Shown: positions 1-9,755, counted from the stretch's first letter. The stretch: 64,000 nucleotides of DNA from Bryobacteraceae bacterium (GCA_035505095.1 DATJRE010000239.1:14448-78447), one strand, 5' to 3'. Made by a program: numbers and translations. The notes: generated from the sequence alone by a model not told the origin.

Positions 1-69
1 ACGGAAGGGGATTATTTCGTAGGTGTGCAGGCCCACGCCTGCCCGTATTCGTCAGCCCGCGTCCACCAG

Positions 70-1203
70 CTAGCTTTGGAACCGGAAGAGGGCCTGCTCG
101 ATGGGTACTCCGCGCACGTCGATGCGCTTGAGGTCCGTGGTGCCCACGCCGTGGCCTTCGGCCAGCATTAGCGTGTTATCGCAGGTTTCGAAGGGCGCCG
201 TGCCCCGCGTGCTGCGCGGGTTGTAGCCCATTACCGCCACAGCCACGGCATCCGTGCAGACTGGGTTCAAACCGGCGATCAGGACTCCCGGTTTCACCGA
301 CCGGATGCCGCGGATCCACGGCCCTTCGCCGCCGGCGATGGTCTCCACGCCATCGATGATTTGCAGGTGGATCGGCCGCGCCGCCGACAGATCCGCCACG
401 ATGTGCGGCACGCGGTAGCCGGGGTCGTGATTCTGGCCGAAATGCAGCTCCTGCGGCGCCGATTTGGAGGGTTCCCGCCGGCCTTCATGGCCGACTCGCA
501 AGCGGCCGCTGGTGGGGCTTTCGTTGGGTTCCTGCTCGCCCGCATCGTCGCCGTAAATCGACGCCGGAATGATTCCGAAGCAGTTTTTCAGCGAAAGCGT
601 CACCCCGCAGGTGGCATGATTTTTCAGCTTGGCCATGCTCACAAACACGTCGGTATCTTGGTAGGCGTGGTTCAAATCGTAGGCCGGATACATGTACGGG
701 CTGCCTGGCACGGGGAAGCGCGCATACTTCTTGCCCTTGCCCAGCGCGTTGGTGTTTTCGAATTCCACCAGCCCCACCGGACTGGCGGCCGCCGCCAGCG
801 ACCGCACGTTCCAACCCGAGTCCAGCATCACGTCTTCCAGCGGTCCCCCGGTGGCCCAGGCGCTCTCCACAAAGCGAATGCGCCTGGCGCCGGCGCGGCC
901 CATCAGGTAAGCCGCCGCGCCCACCAGTTTGGGATGGGTGTAGTGCGTGATGGCCGGCGCCATGCCCTGAAAACGCTGGCTGGGAGCGCCGGTCATATTC
1001 AGCTTCACCGTGACGGTTTTGTTCTTCACCACCCGTTCGAGGCCTCCCAACTGGTCGAACATGGCGGCCAGTTTGGCGGTGACATCCTCGTCGTAAGAGG
1101 CGCATTTGGCAATCGACACCGGCGCGGCCGGGGCCTTGGGATTGTCGGCGGCGTTCACCAGGGGCGCCGCGGCAATCATGGCGATCCATTCTCTGCGAGT
1201 CAT
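70..1203 (-). CDS. DUF362 domain-containing protein with twin-arginine (Tat) type signal
   Basis: ORF 70..1269. The internal ATG at 1203 is preceded by GGAGGGG and gives MTRREWIAMIAAAPLVNA (an RR signal). The body has the DUF362-like motif KNHATCGVTLSLKNCFGIIP. Confidence 0.75.
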   Translation of the reverse strand: MTRREWIAMIAAAPLVNAADNPKAPAAPVSIAKCASYDEDVTAKLAAMFDQLGGLERVVKNKTVTVKLNMTGAPSQRFQGMAPAITHYTHPKLVGAAAYLMGRAGARRIRFVESAWATGGPLEDVMLDSGWNVRSLAAAASPVGLVEFENTNALGKGKKYARFPVPGSPYMYPAYDLNHAYQDTDVFVSMAKLKNHATCGVTLSLKNCFGIIPASIYGDDAGEQEPNESPTSGRLRVGHEGRREPSKSAPQELHFGQNHDPGYRVPHIVADLSAARPIHLQIIDGVETIAGGEGPWIRGIRSVKPGVLIAGLNPVCTDAVAVAVMGYNPRSTRGTAPFETCDNTLMLAEGHGVGTTDLKRIDVRGVPIEQALFRFQS

Positions 1204-1231
1204 GTTGATTCCCCTCCTGATTCGGTCCGGC

Positions 1232-2629
1232 TTATTGTTCCAGGCGGATACCAGCGCAGACACCCACACGGTCGATGTCTACGCCGCCACCGTCTTCGGT
1301 TGGATAAATGGTCAAGGGTTTCTCCGCGCCTTCCGGCGTTAGCAGAGTGGCCCGCTGAAATTTGCCCAGAAAATGCACCGTGACGTCGCTCACCGGGTAA
1401 TCCGAGTAGTTTACCAGTTCCACGACAACGGTTTTGTCCCCGGCGGATGCGACTACGTTCGAGAGCATGGTGGACACGTTGAACAGCCGCACACCCAGGT
1501 TGCGGCGGCCCACGATGGAATTCACGTCGCGCCAGATGTCGTCGAGGCGCGCCAGTTGGTCCTTGTTGAGGGTGATGCTGTTGCCCGTGGCGGCTTCATC
1601 CTTCCATCCCGGCGGGCCGGTGAGCAGGGTTCCGCCGGCGCGCGTGAAGTTCCGCAGAATCTGCTTCTGCTCGGGGGACAGCGAGGCGGCGTCCACATCC
1701 ACCGCCATGCTCGTGCCGGCCAGGGATTCGGACGTAAGATGCTGCAGAGGGACGGGCCGCACGGGAGTATGCTTCACCGCGATCATGTCGAGGATGCCCC
1801 CCGAGAGCAGGCCGCCTTTGGCCAGGTCCTGCACCAGCGCCAGTTCGCCAAACGGCTGCATGTGACGCCATTCCGCGTGGCGTTCGAAGAAGGCCAGCAG
1901 GTCACCCATCTGGCGCCAGTCACGCACCGCCGCGGCCTCTCCGGCATGCAGCCGCTGCGCGAAATCCGGGTCGAAGGCGACCACCCAGCGCGCGCCGGAC
2001 ATTCCCGCATCGGCGATCGCCTGCAGGTAGCGCGAGCCGGTCACCACGGCTCCCGCCGGAGGCAGATTGCCGATCCACAACGTGGCGTCGCGCCAGGCGT
2101 GCAGGGCGCGTAGAAAGCCGGTGTTGGTGTCGATCCATACCGATCCGGTGGGGCCGGCCGTTTTCGCCCCGTCCTGCTGCGCAGCGACTCCCGGCCACAC
2201 CCCCTGCCAGGAACCCACAATGGCGGCGGTGGAATCCAGGCGCAGGCGGCTTCGCGACACCAGTTCGATCAGCGGAGCGCCGCCAATGGCCCCCTCGACC
2301 GCAGTGGAAGCGCCTTCGGCAAAATCGCCATCCATCACAATGCCGGTGACTTTGGCCGCCATCGCCTGGCGCGCCGCCGCCACCACATCGCCACCCGGCG
2401 AAAGCACCGCCAGCGTCACCAGCCCGCGGCCGGAAGCGGCAGCCACGAAATCGGCCGGGTAAGACTTGAGAAGCAGGCAATTCACCGGCGTGCCGCGGAG
2501 CAGTTCGAGCGAACCGGTGTCTTGCCATGGCCAGCGCACCGGCACCCAGTCCGCGGGTTTGGGAACAGCACCCCACGCCGCGGGGATAGAAAATAAGACG
2601 GCCGTCCACAGGGCCGCGCGCATCCGCAT
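1232..2629 (-). CDS. secreted hypothetical protein
   Basis: 465-aa ORF with an N-terminal signal peptide (MRMRAALWTAVLFSIPAAWGA). Long, non-repetitive, protein-like composition. No family recognised. Confidence 0.6.
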   Translation of the reverse strand: MRMRAALWTAVLFSIPAAWGAVPKPADWVPVRWPWQDTGSLELLRGTPVNCLLLKSYPADFVAAASGRGLVTLAVLSPGGDVVAAARQAMAAKVTGIVMDGDFAEGASTAVEGAIGGAPLIELVSRSRLRLDSTAAIVGSWQGVWPGVAAQQDGAKTAGPTGSVWIDTNTGFLRALHAWRDATLWIGNLPPAGAVVTGSRYLQAIADAGMSGARWVVAFDPDFAQRLHAGEAAAVRDWRQMGDLLAFFERHAEWRHMQPFGELALVQDLAKGGLLSGGILDMIAVKHTPVRPVPLQHLTSESLAGTSMAVDVDAASLSPEQKQILRNFTRAGGTLLTGPPGWKDEAATGNSITLNKDQLARLDDIWRDVNSIVGRRNLGVRLFNVSTMLSNVVASAGDKTVVVELVNYSDYPVSDVTVHFLGKFQRATLLTPEGAEKPLTIYPTEDGGGVDIDRVGVCAGIRLEQ

Positions 2630-2632
2630 ATA

Positions 2633-2660
2633 TTTATAGCTTACGATGGGCAGCGGTCAC
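2633..2660 (-). promoter_or_regulatory. candidate sigma70-type promoter (GTGACC-16-TATAAA) abutting the start codons of the 1232..2629 gene
   Basis: The minus strand reads gGTGACCgctgcccatcgtaagcTATAAAtatATGcggATG. This is an AT-rich block in GC-rich DNA with no SD between the -10 and the ATGs. Confidence 0.25.
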
Positions 2661-2706
2661 CGCGGCGCGGACTTTGAGGGAAAATGTGCGAACCGCCGGC
2701 GGGGCT

Positions 2707-3675
2707 TTAGCGCATCAGCCCTTCCAGCAGCCAATGCACCGAGTACAGTGTCCCCGGTTGCAGCAGGAGGGCCGCCAGCGCTCCGCCTGCCAGGCACCCT
2801 GCCGCCGCGGCCCAGTAGCGCCCGCCGGGGTCACCGCTGCTGGGGGTTTCGAGGAGGCGCCCGACGCGGGCTTCCAGGTCCAGCGGATTCTCCAGCAGGG
2901 TGGTCGCCAAGGGACCGGCGGGCATCCCAGCGCACCCCAGCCGCACCACGTTCACCAGGGCTTCCGCCAGTGCCAGCCGCTGGCGGGCATCGCCGGCCGC
3001 GCCTTCATCCGCGGCCCACTCGGTCACCCGCGCCCAGGCCCGTTCCAGTGTGGCGAAAGCCCGGCACCCCGGCAAAATCTCGGGCGCCAGGAGCAGCGCC
3101 AGCCGTTTCAGATTGTCCCGCGAGCGGCGATGGGCGTCTTCGTGCCGCAGGGCCGCCGAGAGCTGCTCGGCATCCAGCGCTTCCATCAACCCGCGCGAAA
3201 TGACCACCCGAGGGCGGAATACTCCGGTCAGTGCCAGCACCGGAACCTCAGCTTCCACCACCCAGGCCAGCGATCCGTCCGCCACCGTATCCAGCCGCGC
3301 CACCTGCCCGCAGATTTGCGTGTATCGCCACGATTGCGCCACTGCCTTGGAGGCGCGTCCCAGCGCGGCTATCCAGACGGCCGCACCCAGGAGGGCCGCT
3401 ACCAGGCAGGCCCCACCGGCCTCTTCCGCGGTCTCGGATGGCTCCAGCCACAGGAAACTCGGCACGCACAAGCCGGCCACCGCCACGCAGGCCAGGGTAG
3501 CGGGCAGGAGCCGCAGGGCCAGCAGCAGCCGTGCGCCGTCACGCGGCCGCAGCCGCTCCGCCACCCGGATCGCGCGCCCGGCCGCCGCCCACACCATCGC
3601 CGCCAGCGCGGTGTGCACCAGAAAATAGCAGGCCAACGAGAGACACAACAGCCTCGCCAGGTAAGGGACGGTCAT
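2707..3675 (-). CDS. M56 family (BlaR1-like) membrane metallopeptidase / signal transducer
   Basis: Multi-TM N-terminus. HExxH motif in LRHEDAHRRSRDNLKR. The start overlaps the stop of the upstream BlaI-like gene (ATGA). Confidence 0.8.
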   Translation of the reverse strand: MTVPYLARLLCLSLACYFLVHTALAAMVWAAAGRAIRVAERLRPRDGARLLLALRLLPATLACVAVAGLCVPSFLWLEPSETAEEAGGACLVAALLGAAVWIAALGRASKAVAQSWRYTQICGQVARLDTVADGSLAWVVEAEVPVLALTGVFRPRVVISRGLMEALDAEQLSAALRHEDAHRRSRDNLKRLALLLAPEILPGCRAFATLERAWARVTEWAADEGAAGDARQRLALAEALVNVVRLGCAGMPAGPLATTLLENPLDLEARVGRLLETPSSGDPGGRYWAAAAGCLAGGALAALLLQPGTLYSVHWLLEGLMR

Positions 3676-4109
3676 GCCTTGGCCCTCCGCTCCAGTTCCT
3701 TGCGCTTCTTGCGGATGGTGCGCTCCAGTTCGTCGAGCAGCGCTTCATTGCGCTCGCCCACAGCTTCCACGAAGCAGGAAACCAGCAATTCGCCGGGCGT
3801 GGCCGGGCTGGCCAAGAACCCAGCCACCAGTTCGCCCGCCCGCTTGCGCTCCCACTCGGCCCGCGAGATCCGCGGCGTGTACACAAACGCCCGTTCCTCT
3901 TTGCGCCGCTCCAGCAGGCCCTTCTTATACAGGCGGTCGAGCGTGGTCATTACGGTGGTGTACGCCAGGGGACGCTCCAGGCCGCGCACCACGTCGTGGA
4001 CATTGCTGTCTCCATGGCGCCACACGAGATCCATCACCTGTGTCTCCAGGTGCCCCAGCGCCGCGCCTTGCCCGCCGGCCTCGCCCCGGTGCTTGAAAAA
4101 GCCCATCAT
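3672..4109 (-). CDS. BlaI/MecI/CopY family transcriptional repressor
   Basis: Winged-helix region LETQVMDLVWRHGDSNVHDVVRGLERPLAYTTVMTTLDRLYKKGLLERRKEERAFVY. The internal ATG at 4109 is chosen over the ORF maximum of 4214. Translationally coupled to the M56 gene. Confidence 0.8.
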   Translation of the reverse strand: MMGFFKHRGEAGGQGAALGHLETQVMDLVWRHGDSNVHDVVRGLERPLAYTTVMTTLDRLYKKGLLERRKEERAFVYTPRISRAEWERKRAGELVAGFLASPATPGELLVSCFVEAVGERNEALLDELERTIRKKRKELERRAKA

Positions 4110-4888
4110 GCTTCGGTATCGCCAGCCATCATAACACCCTCGGAAGAGCCGTTTCGTTTCCGCCGTGTCCGCGGGAAGGCCGTCCCCTCTCCGGCCACCG
4201 TATGATCGGTTCACCGGCGAATCTTCTTTCCCGAGACGCGGATGCCAGGTTTATCCTACGCCGCCTGCCCATGCCACCCAGGCGCCCGGAGCTTCCGCGG
4301 TTGGGGAGGTCCAACGGCTTCGATCTCCGCTTCCGATCCCCCCGCCTGCCGCAGGGGACGACCCGCAATAGTGGACCGCTTGATGGCCCGAGGCGGACCC
4401 CCGGCGGAGCCTGTGCCGAACGCTGGTCCCTCCGGTCTGCCCGGTAAAATGAGTCACACAAGCATCGCCCGCTTCTCGGCCCGCACGGAGCCGAAACGTA
4501 AATCGTAAATCCGCCCACGCTGACGCCTCTATCTCTTACTGTCGGACAGTGGCAACGCAGCCGGTACGACGTACGGCCATCCATGTTCCTTGGCGCGGTC
4601 TAGGCAGCGGCCGATGCGAAAAGCCTGCGGTTTCCGGAGAAGGAGGGCCGGCCTGTGGGCGAACTAACCCTGCTCACTGTGGTCGAAGACGCGCAGGGCC
4701 ATCTCCTACTACTCTTGCGGAGAAGCGGCGGGATGGCGTTCAAACCTCCACATCGTTTCCGGTTGCGCGGCCCGGTGCGTATCGCGTCCGGGAAGTCATC
4801 CGCGAACTGGCGCAGCCTCGCATCTGTGCGGGCACGGCCCCTTTCGCAGTGCGCTGACAGTCAGCGGCCCGGCCTACGCCCGGTCGCC

Positions 4889-5860
4889 CTATGAGTGTGG
4901 CGACCATTCTTTGCGAATCCGGGCCACGAAACTCTGCGGGTCCTGCACCTGCAGCAGCACCGGCACGCCGCGGCCCTTGGCCGGCAGGAGCACCAGGCGC
5001 GGACTGCCGGCGGTGTAGAGGCGGACGCGCTCGCCGCCGGCCACCTCGAACCATCCCGAAGAGTAGTGCGCGTTCGCAAATCCATTGGTGCGCCCGGTGG
5101 GCTTCCACTGCGGATCCTGGCGCAGGTCGATCACGCGAATCCCGCTCACATCGACGTTGGCGGCCTCCACGGTGACGGGATAGAATCGGTCGTGGATCGC
5201 CAGCGAGGCGGGCGTCAAGGTGTAATCCGGTGGTCCGGGTGAATAGGAGAACGCCAGCACCACCACGGCCAGCGCGATCGCTCCGGCAACGATCCCGAAC
5301 AGCGATCCCACCCGAAAGGAGCGCCCGCTGTCATAAGCGGCGGGCGTCCCTGCCGGCGGCGCCAGGGGCACCGGGACGGTCGCCCGGATGGCCGCGAGAA
5401 ACCCTTCCCGGTCCACCGGACTGAACAGCGCCGTCTTCGCGGACGTGATGACGACGATCGCCTCCGAACGGTTGGTCAGATACCAACTGCATTTCCCCAG
5501 CCGCATCGTCCGGAAGATGCCGTAATAGCCGAACAAGCCGCCATTGCCGAACAGGCGGATCGCGCCGCGCAGATCGTCTTGAGTGGCGGTACGAGCCTCG
5601 CGGATGCCGTCGAGCGGAATTCGCGCCTTGCCGATCAACCGGCGCACGGTGACGGCCCGGCCGGCCACCGTATACCCCCTCGGCGACCAGGCATACGCCA
5701 GAGCGACGATCAACCCGCCGATGAGCACGGCGATGGCGCTTCGCGTGGCCAGCGTCACCACCACGATGACAGCAATCAGAGCGAAGGAGGCGATCTTGGT
5801 GGTGTTGTCGTAGGGCGCGGCGGCAAACTGTTCCTGGCTCGGCACAGCTTCACCCCCCAC
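4889..5860 (-). CDS. membrane protein with bacterial PH (bPH) domains
   Basis: 323-aa ORF with two TM segments followed by GYTVAGRAVTVRRLIGKARIPLDGI, then a second TM and a second PH-like module. Family call is from memory of YdbS/YdbT-like proteins. Confidence 0.55.
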   Translation of the reverse strand: MGGEAVPSQEQFAAAPYDNTTKIASFALIAVIVVVTLATRSAIAVLIGGLIVALAYAWSPRGYTVAGRAVTVRRLIGKARIPLDGIREARTATQDDLRGAIRLFGNGGLFGYYGIFRTMRLGKCSWYLTNRSEAIVVITSAKTALFSPVDREGFLAAIRATVPVPLAPPAGTPAAYDSGRSFRVGSLFGIVAGAIALAVVVLAFSYSPGPPDYTLTPASLAIHDRFYPVTVEAANVDVSGIRVIDLRQDPQWKPTGRTNGFANAHYSSGWFEVAGGERVRLYTAGSPRLVLLPAKGRGVPVLLQVQDPQSFVARIRKEWSPHS

Positions 5861-5947
5861 TTCATTTTACCGGATTACTGGACCCGCTGTTCCGTAATTC
5901 CGCAAACCATCAGCGGCCGGGCGGCGCGGGACGATACAATCCAGCGG

Positions 5948-6082
5948 ATGGGATCTCCTTCCCGGTTGGACGGCCGCCGCGCTTTGGTGACTGGCGGAGC
6001 AAGCGGCGTCGGCGAGCAGGTGAGCCGCGTACTGACAGCGGCGGACGCGGCTGTAATCATTGCGGACGTGGACCGCTTCTAG
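5948..6082 (+). pseudogene. N-terminal remnant of a short-chain dehydrogenase/reductase (Rossmann TGGxxGxG only)
   Basis: Translation is MGSPSRLDGRRALVTGGASGVGEQVSRVLTAADAAVIIADVDRF*. This is the classic SDR beta1-alphaA-beta2 start, cut at 44 aa where it meets the speA stop. Confidence 0.35.
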
Positions 6083-8079
6083 CGCTCGTGAACGTCTTCC
6101 AGGTAGGTGTATCCGTGCAGGCCCTCTTCGTAAAACCGCAGCAGGGCGCCGCTCTCTTCGTAGCTCAGGCGGCCTTCGCGCAGCGCGGTCTCGATGTCGC
6201 GGCGGAGGCGCGTGACCAGCGAATCGGACGAGAACTGCACATAGTTCAGCACCTCCCGCACCGTATCGCCCTTGATCACCGAATCCAGAATCGTTTCCCC
6301 CGTGGGACTCAGCCGGACATGCACGGCGTTGGTATCGCCGAAGAGGTTGTGCAGGTCGCCCAGAATCTCCTGGTAAGCGCCCAGCAGAAACGCGCCCAGA
6401 TAATAGTCGCCACCATCGAAGGGATGCAGCGAAAGGGTCCGCTTCACATCGCGGCGGTCGATGAAGGCGTCCACCTTGCCATCCGAATCGCAGGTGATAT
6501 CGCCTAGCACGGCCGGCCGCGTGGGCTGCTCCTCCAGCCGGTGGATCGGCATCACCGGAAAGAGTTGCTTGATGGCCCAGCTATCCGGCATGCTCTGAAA
6601 CAGCGAAAAATTGCAGAAGTAGGTGTCCGAGAGCATGGCGTCGATGCCCTCCAGTTCCTCGGGAAAGAACTCCAGCTCGCGCGCCTGCTTCTGAATCTTG
6701 CGCGTGATGGCCCAATACAGGTTCTCCGCGATGCAGCGCTGATCGAGCGAAAGGTAGCCCAGGCTGAACAGGTTGAGCGCCTGATCGAGCGCCTGCTGGG
6801 CGTCGTGATAGCTCTCCAGCAGGTTCTTGGCGGTCATCGAGCGGTAGGTCTCCTGCAGGTCGATGATGGGCTGTTCGGCGTCCGCGGGCGGCTCGAGCGG
6901 GGCGTCGGATTCGCCCATCCCAGCCACGCCCAAAACGTTGAACACCAGCACGCTGTGATAGGCCGCGATCGCCCGCCCGCTCTCGGTGACGATCGTCGGA
7001 TGCGCCACGCCGACTTCGTCGCACACGTTCTGCACGTGGTAGATCACGTCGTTGGCGTATTCCTGCAGCGTATAGTTGACGCTGGATTCGAAATCGGTCT
7101 GCGACCCGTCGTAGTCCACGCCTAGCCCGCCGCCGACATCCAGGTAATGCAGTCCAGCACCGGCCCGCGCCAGGTCCACATACACCCGCACGGCCTCGTT
7201 GACGGCCCCCTTGATCTGCCGGATGTTGGTGATCTGGCTGCCCAGGTGGAAGTGCAGCAGGTTGAGGCAATCGGCCATGCCCAGATCCTTCAATTCCTGG
7301 AGCGCGCGCGTGGCCTCGGTGGCCGAGAGGCCGAACTTCGAGCGGTAGCCGCCGGACGATTTCCAGCGGCCGGACCCGCGGCTGGCCAGTTTGACCCGCA
7401 GGCCGATCCTGGGGCGCACTCCCACCCGCGCGCTGTATTTGAGGATCAGGTGCAGCTCGGTGTACTTTTCGACCACCGGAATGATCTGCCGGCCCACCTT
7501 CTGGGCCAGCATGGCCATCTCGATATATTCGTCGTCCTTGAAACCGTTGCAGATAATGGGAGTGTCGTTATCGGCCATGGCCATCACGGCCATCAACTCC
7601 GGCTTCGAGCCGGCTTCCAGGCCGAACCGGAAGGGCTTGCCGAATTCCAGGACTTCCTCCACCACCTGGCGCTGCTGGTTCACCTTGATGGGGTAAACGC
7701 AGCAGTAACTTCCCTGGTACTTGTGTTCCGCCATGGCGGTTTCGAAGGCGGTGTGGATTTCACCCAGGCGGTGCTTGAGGATATCGGCGAAGCGGATCAG
7801 GATGGGCAGGTCGATGCCCCGCAGAACCAGGGTGTCCACCAGTTGTTTCAGGTCGATCGAGCGGGCCGGGTCTTTTTCAGGGTGCACCCGCACGTGGCCG
7901 TTATCGCCTACCGAAAAGTAGCCTTTGCCCCAGCTCGGGACGTCGTAGAAATCGCTGGCCACCTGGGGCGTCCAGCGTTCGGTAGGCTCCACAACCAACG
8001 AGCCCTTGCGTCCATTTCTTTCCAACTTGGCGGTTCTCCTTAAACCCTCAGTGTCGTAGAAATGGCAAAGGTATGGCAA
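6079..8079 (-). CDS. speA: biosynthetic arginine decarboxylase
   Basis: 666-aa ORF with SpeA-type N-terminus (DFYDVPSWGKGYFSVGDNGHVRVHP). PLP-fold core CVYPIKVNQQRQVVEEV ... HFHLGSQI ... LDVGGGLGVDYDG. The start at 8079 is TTG, so the exact start is uncertain. Confidence 0.9.
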   Translation of the reverse strand: MPYLCHFYDTEGLRRTAKLERNGRKGSLVVEPTERWTPQVASDFYDVPSWGKGYFSVGDNGHVRVHPEKDPARSIDLKQLVDTLVLRGIDLPILIRFADILKHRLGEIHTAFETAMAEHKYQGSYCCVYPIKVNQQRQVVEEVLEFGKPFRFGLEAGSKPELMAVMAMADNDTPIICNGFKDDEYIEMAMLAQKVGRQIIPVVEKYTELHLILKYSARVGVRPRIGLRVKLASRGSGRWKSSGGYRSKFGLSATEATRALQELKDLGMADCLNLLHFHLGSQITNIRQIKGAVNEAVRVYVDLARAGAGLHYLDVGGGLGVDYDGSQTDFESSVNYTLQEYANDVIYHVQNVCDEVGVAHPTIVTESGRAIAAYHSVLVFNVLGVAGMGESDAPLEPPADAEQPIIDLQETYRSMTAKNLLESYHDAQQALDQALNLFSLGYLSLDQRCIAENLYWAITRKIQKQARELEFFPEELEGIDAMLSDTYFCNFSLFQSMPDSWAIKQLFPVMPIHRLEEQPTRPAVLGDITCDSDGKVDAFIDRRDVKRTLSLHPFDGGDYYLGAFLLGAYQEILGDLHNLFGDTNAVHVRLSPTGETILDSVIKGDTVREVLNYVQFSSDSLVTRLRRDIETALREGRLSYEESGALLRFYEEGLHGYTYLEDVHER

Positions 8080-8160
8080 GCGAAATTTGATTACAATGCC
8101 GCAGGACCAGCCACCCGGCGGCTGGGCAGGGCCGGGCGGCGCCGGCCACCGGAAGAACCG

Positions 8161-8469
8161 CTATCCGGCGATGGGGTCCCCGGCAGGAACCTTTTGGCGC
8201 ATCGCCGCATCGACCGTCCGGCGGGTGTCTTTCGAAGGGACGACCGGGACGATCTCAAATTCCATAAGATCGGACCACGCCAGGATCCAGGACTGCAAGA
8301 GCCGCAGGTCAGCGGTCTCCATCAGTTGGAAACACCGGTCGAAGTTCGGCTCGATCCAGCTATCGAGGTACTGCAATCCTTCAGGCACCTGCCGGCCGCT
8401 CTCGGCGAGGCGTCGGTAAATGGGCTTGGGATCGCGGCTCTTGAATCGCTCGACGACCATAAACAGCAT
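8161..8469 (-). CDS. DUF3303 domain-containing protein
   Basis: 102 aa. MLFMVVERFKSRDPKPIYRRLAESGRQVPEGLQYLDSWIEPNFDRCFQLME matches my memory of the DUF3303 consensus. Confidence 0.7.
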   Translation of the reverse strand: MLFMVVERFKSRDPKPIYRRLAESGRQVPEGLQYLDSWIEPNFDRCFQLMETADLRLLQSWILAWSDLMEFEIVPVVPSKDTRRTVDAAMRQKVPAGDPIAG

Positions 8470-8531
8470 GCTTCGACGGTACCATTGATCGCGCGGCGAT
8501 CGCGCAAACGGCGGCTGCGGCCGGCGTGGTC

Positions 8532-9755
8532 TCAGGGATGTTCGGCGGAAGCAGCCATCAGGGGACGCAGGCGAACTGCGGCCAGCACCACCAGCAGATT
8601 CGTCACCAGGATTACGGTAAAGGCCATCGCCGGGAGGTACGCCATGCCGCTTTCCTTACCCGCCACTTGAATGGCCAGAACGGCGTTCACAAGGCCGCGC
8701 GGGAATAGAGACAGAATGAGTTCCCGGCCGGACCGGCTCACTCCCCGCATGGCCCAGCCCGCGGCATAAACCGAGAGTATCCGGGCCACCACCAGTCCGG
8801 CCAGAATCAAGGCGGTGGCTACCGCGTAGGTTCGCCCAATCAGTTGCACCGACGCACCGAGGAGCACGAAGAAGAACGAACGCACCAGAAAACTGAGGTC
8901 GGAGTGAAATACCAGGAAACCCTGCCTGGGCGCCGTTTCGTTCCGCTCCGCGGCGGTGTTTACATTGGCCAGCGTCAGACCGAATGCGAGGACGGCCATT
9001 AATCCGCTGCCGCCGGCCGCCCGCACCAGCCCGTATACGAGCAGCACCGCTCCCACGTGCAACACGCTGCCGAAGCGATCGGAGGTAAACCGCGAGCGCT
9101 CGCGCGACCACAGGACGCCGGCGGCAATCGCGGCGCCGATCGCCACCGCTGTCCGGACCAGGATCCCCGTCACCAGTCCGGCCAGTGGGTTTCCTTCCGG
9201 GATATCGGCCAGACCTCCGACCAGGATCACCGCAATTACGTCGCCCAGAGCCGCTTCCAACACCAGGACCACCGTTACAGGTCCCTGAATACCAAACTGT
9301 TGCAGCACCGGGATGACGATGGTGCCACTGGTGCACCCAAACACACCGCCCAGCAATAAGGCCTGGTGGAGCGGTAGTTGGAGGGCCCAGAATCCGATCC
9401 ACGCTACGGCGGCAAAGCTCATTCCGTACGCCAGGAAGGCGAACAGAACTCCGGCTGGGAAATTCCGCATGGCCTCGCGAAGATGGAGTTCATTGCCGGC
9501 TTCGAACAGAATCAGGATCAGCGCGAAAGTGCCGAGATACTCCGTGAAGACCGGATACTCACCGGCATGGATCCAGCCCAATAAAGGCCCCAGAACGACA
9601 CCTGTGACCGTGAGGATCACAATGTCCGGCACCCGTGTGCGGCGCGAGACACGGTTGGCAAAGAAGGCCAGAATCAGCAGGCCGCCAAGCAATCCGAAGA
9701 TCTGTGTTTGATCGTGTGCCGCGTTTCCCACTTGCGAGGCAGCCGTCTGATCCAT
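8532..9755 (-). CDS. cation:proton antiporter (Na+/H+ exchanger family)
   Basis: 407 aa with about 11-12 TM segments. N-terminal motif FFANRVSRRTRVPDIVILTVTGVVLGP is typical of CPA1/CPA2 exchangers. Confidence 0.8.
   Translation of the reverse strand: MDQTAASQVGNAAHDQTQIFGLLGGLLILAFFANRVSRRTRVPDIVILTVTGVVLGPLLGWIHAGEYPVFTEYLGTFALILILFEAGNELHLREAMRNFPAGVLFAFLAYGMSFAAVAWIGFWALQLPLHQALLLGGVFGCTSGTIVIPVLQQFGIQGPVTVVLVLEAALGDVIAVILVGGLADIPEGNPLAGLVTGILVRTAVAIGAAIAAGVLWSRERSRFTSDRFGSVLHVGAVLLVYGLVRAAGGSGLMAVLAFGLTLANVNTAAERNETAPRQGFLVFHSDLSFLVRSFFFVLLGASVQLIGRTYAVATALILAGLVVARILSVYAAGWAMRGVSRSGRELILSLFPRGLVNAVLAIQVAGKESGMAYLPAMAFTVILVTNLLVVLAAVRLRPLMAASAEHP

Noticed and set aside
4215-4888. tmRNA, RNase P RNA or SRP RNA in the ORF-free gap
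   Set aside because: I searched both strands by eye for four hallmarks: GGAAAGUCCGG and ACAGAACCCGGCUUA (RNase P), a GGGG...UUCGACGGG 5' end with a GGUUCGAAUCC...CCACCA 3' end (tmRNA), and GUCCGGAAGGAAGCAGC (SRP). None is present.
4655-4894. 79-aa GTG-start ORF
   Set aside because: It uses four CTA codons and several other rare codons. The second half is Arg/Ser/Pro junk. It runs into the stop of the convergent PH-domain gene.
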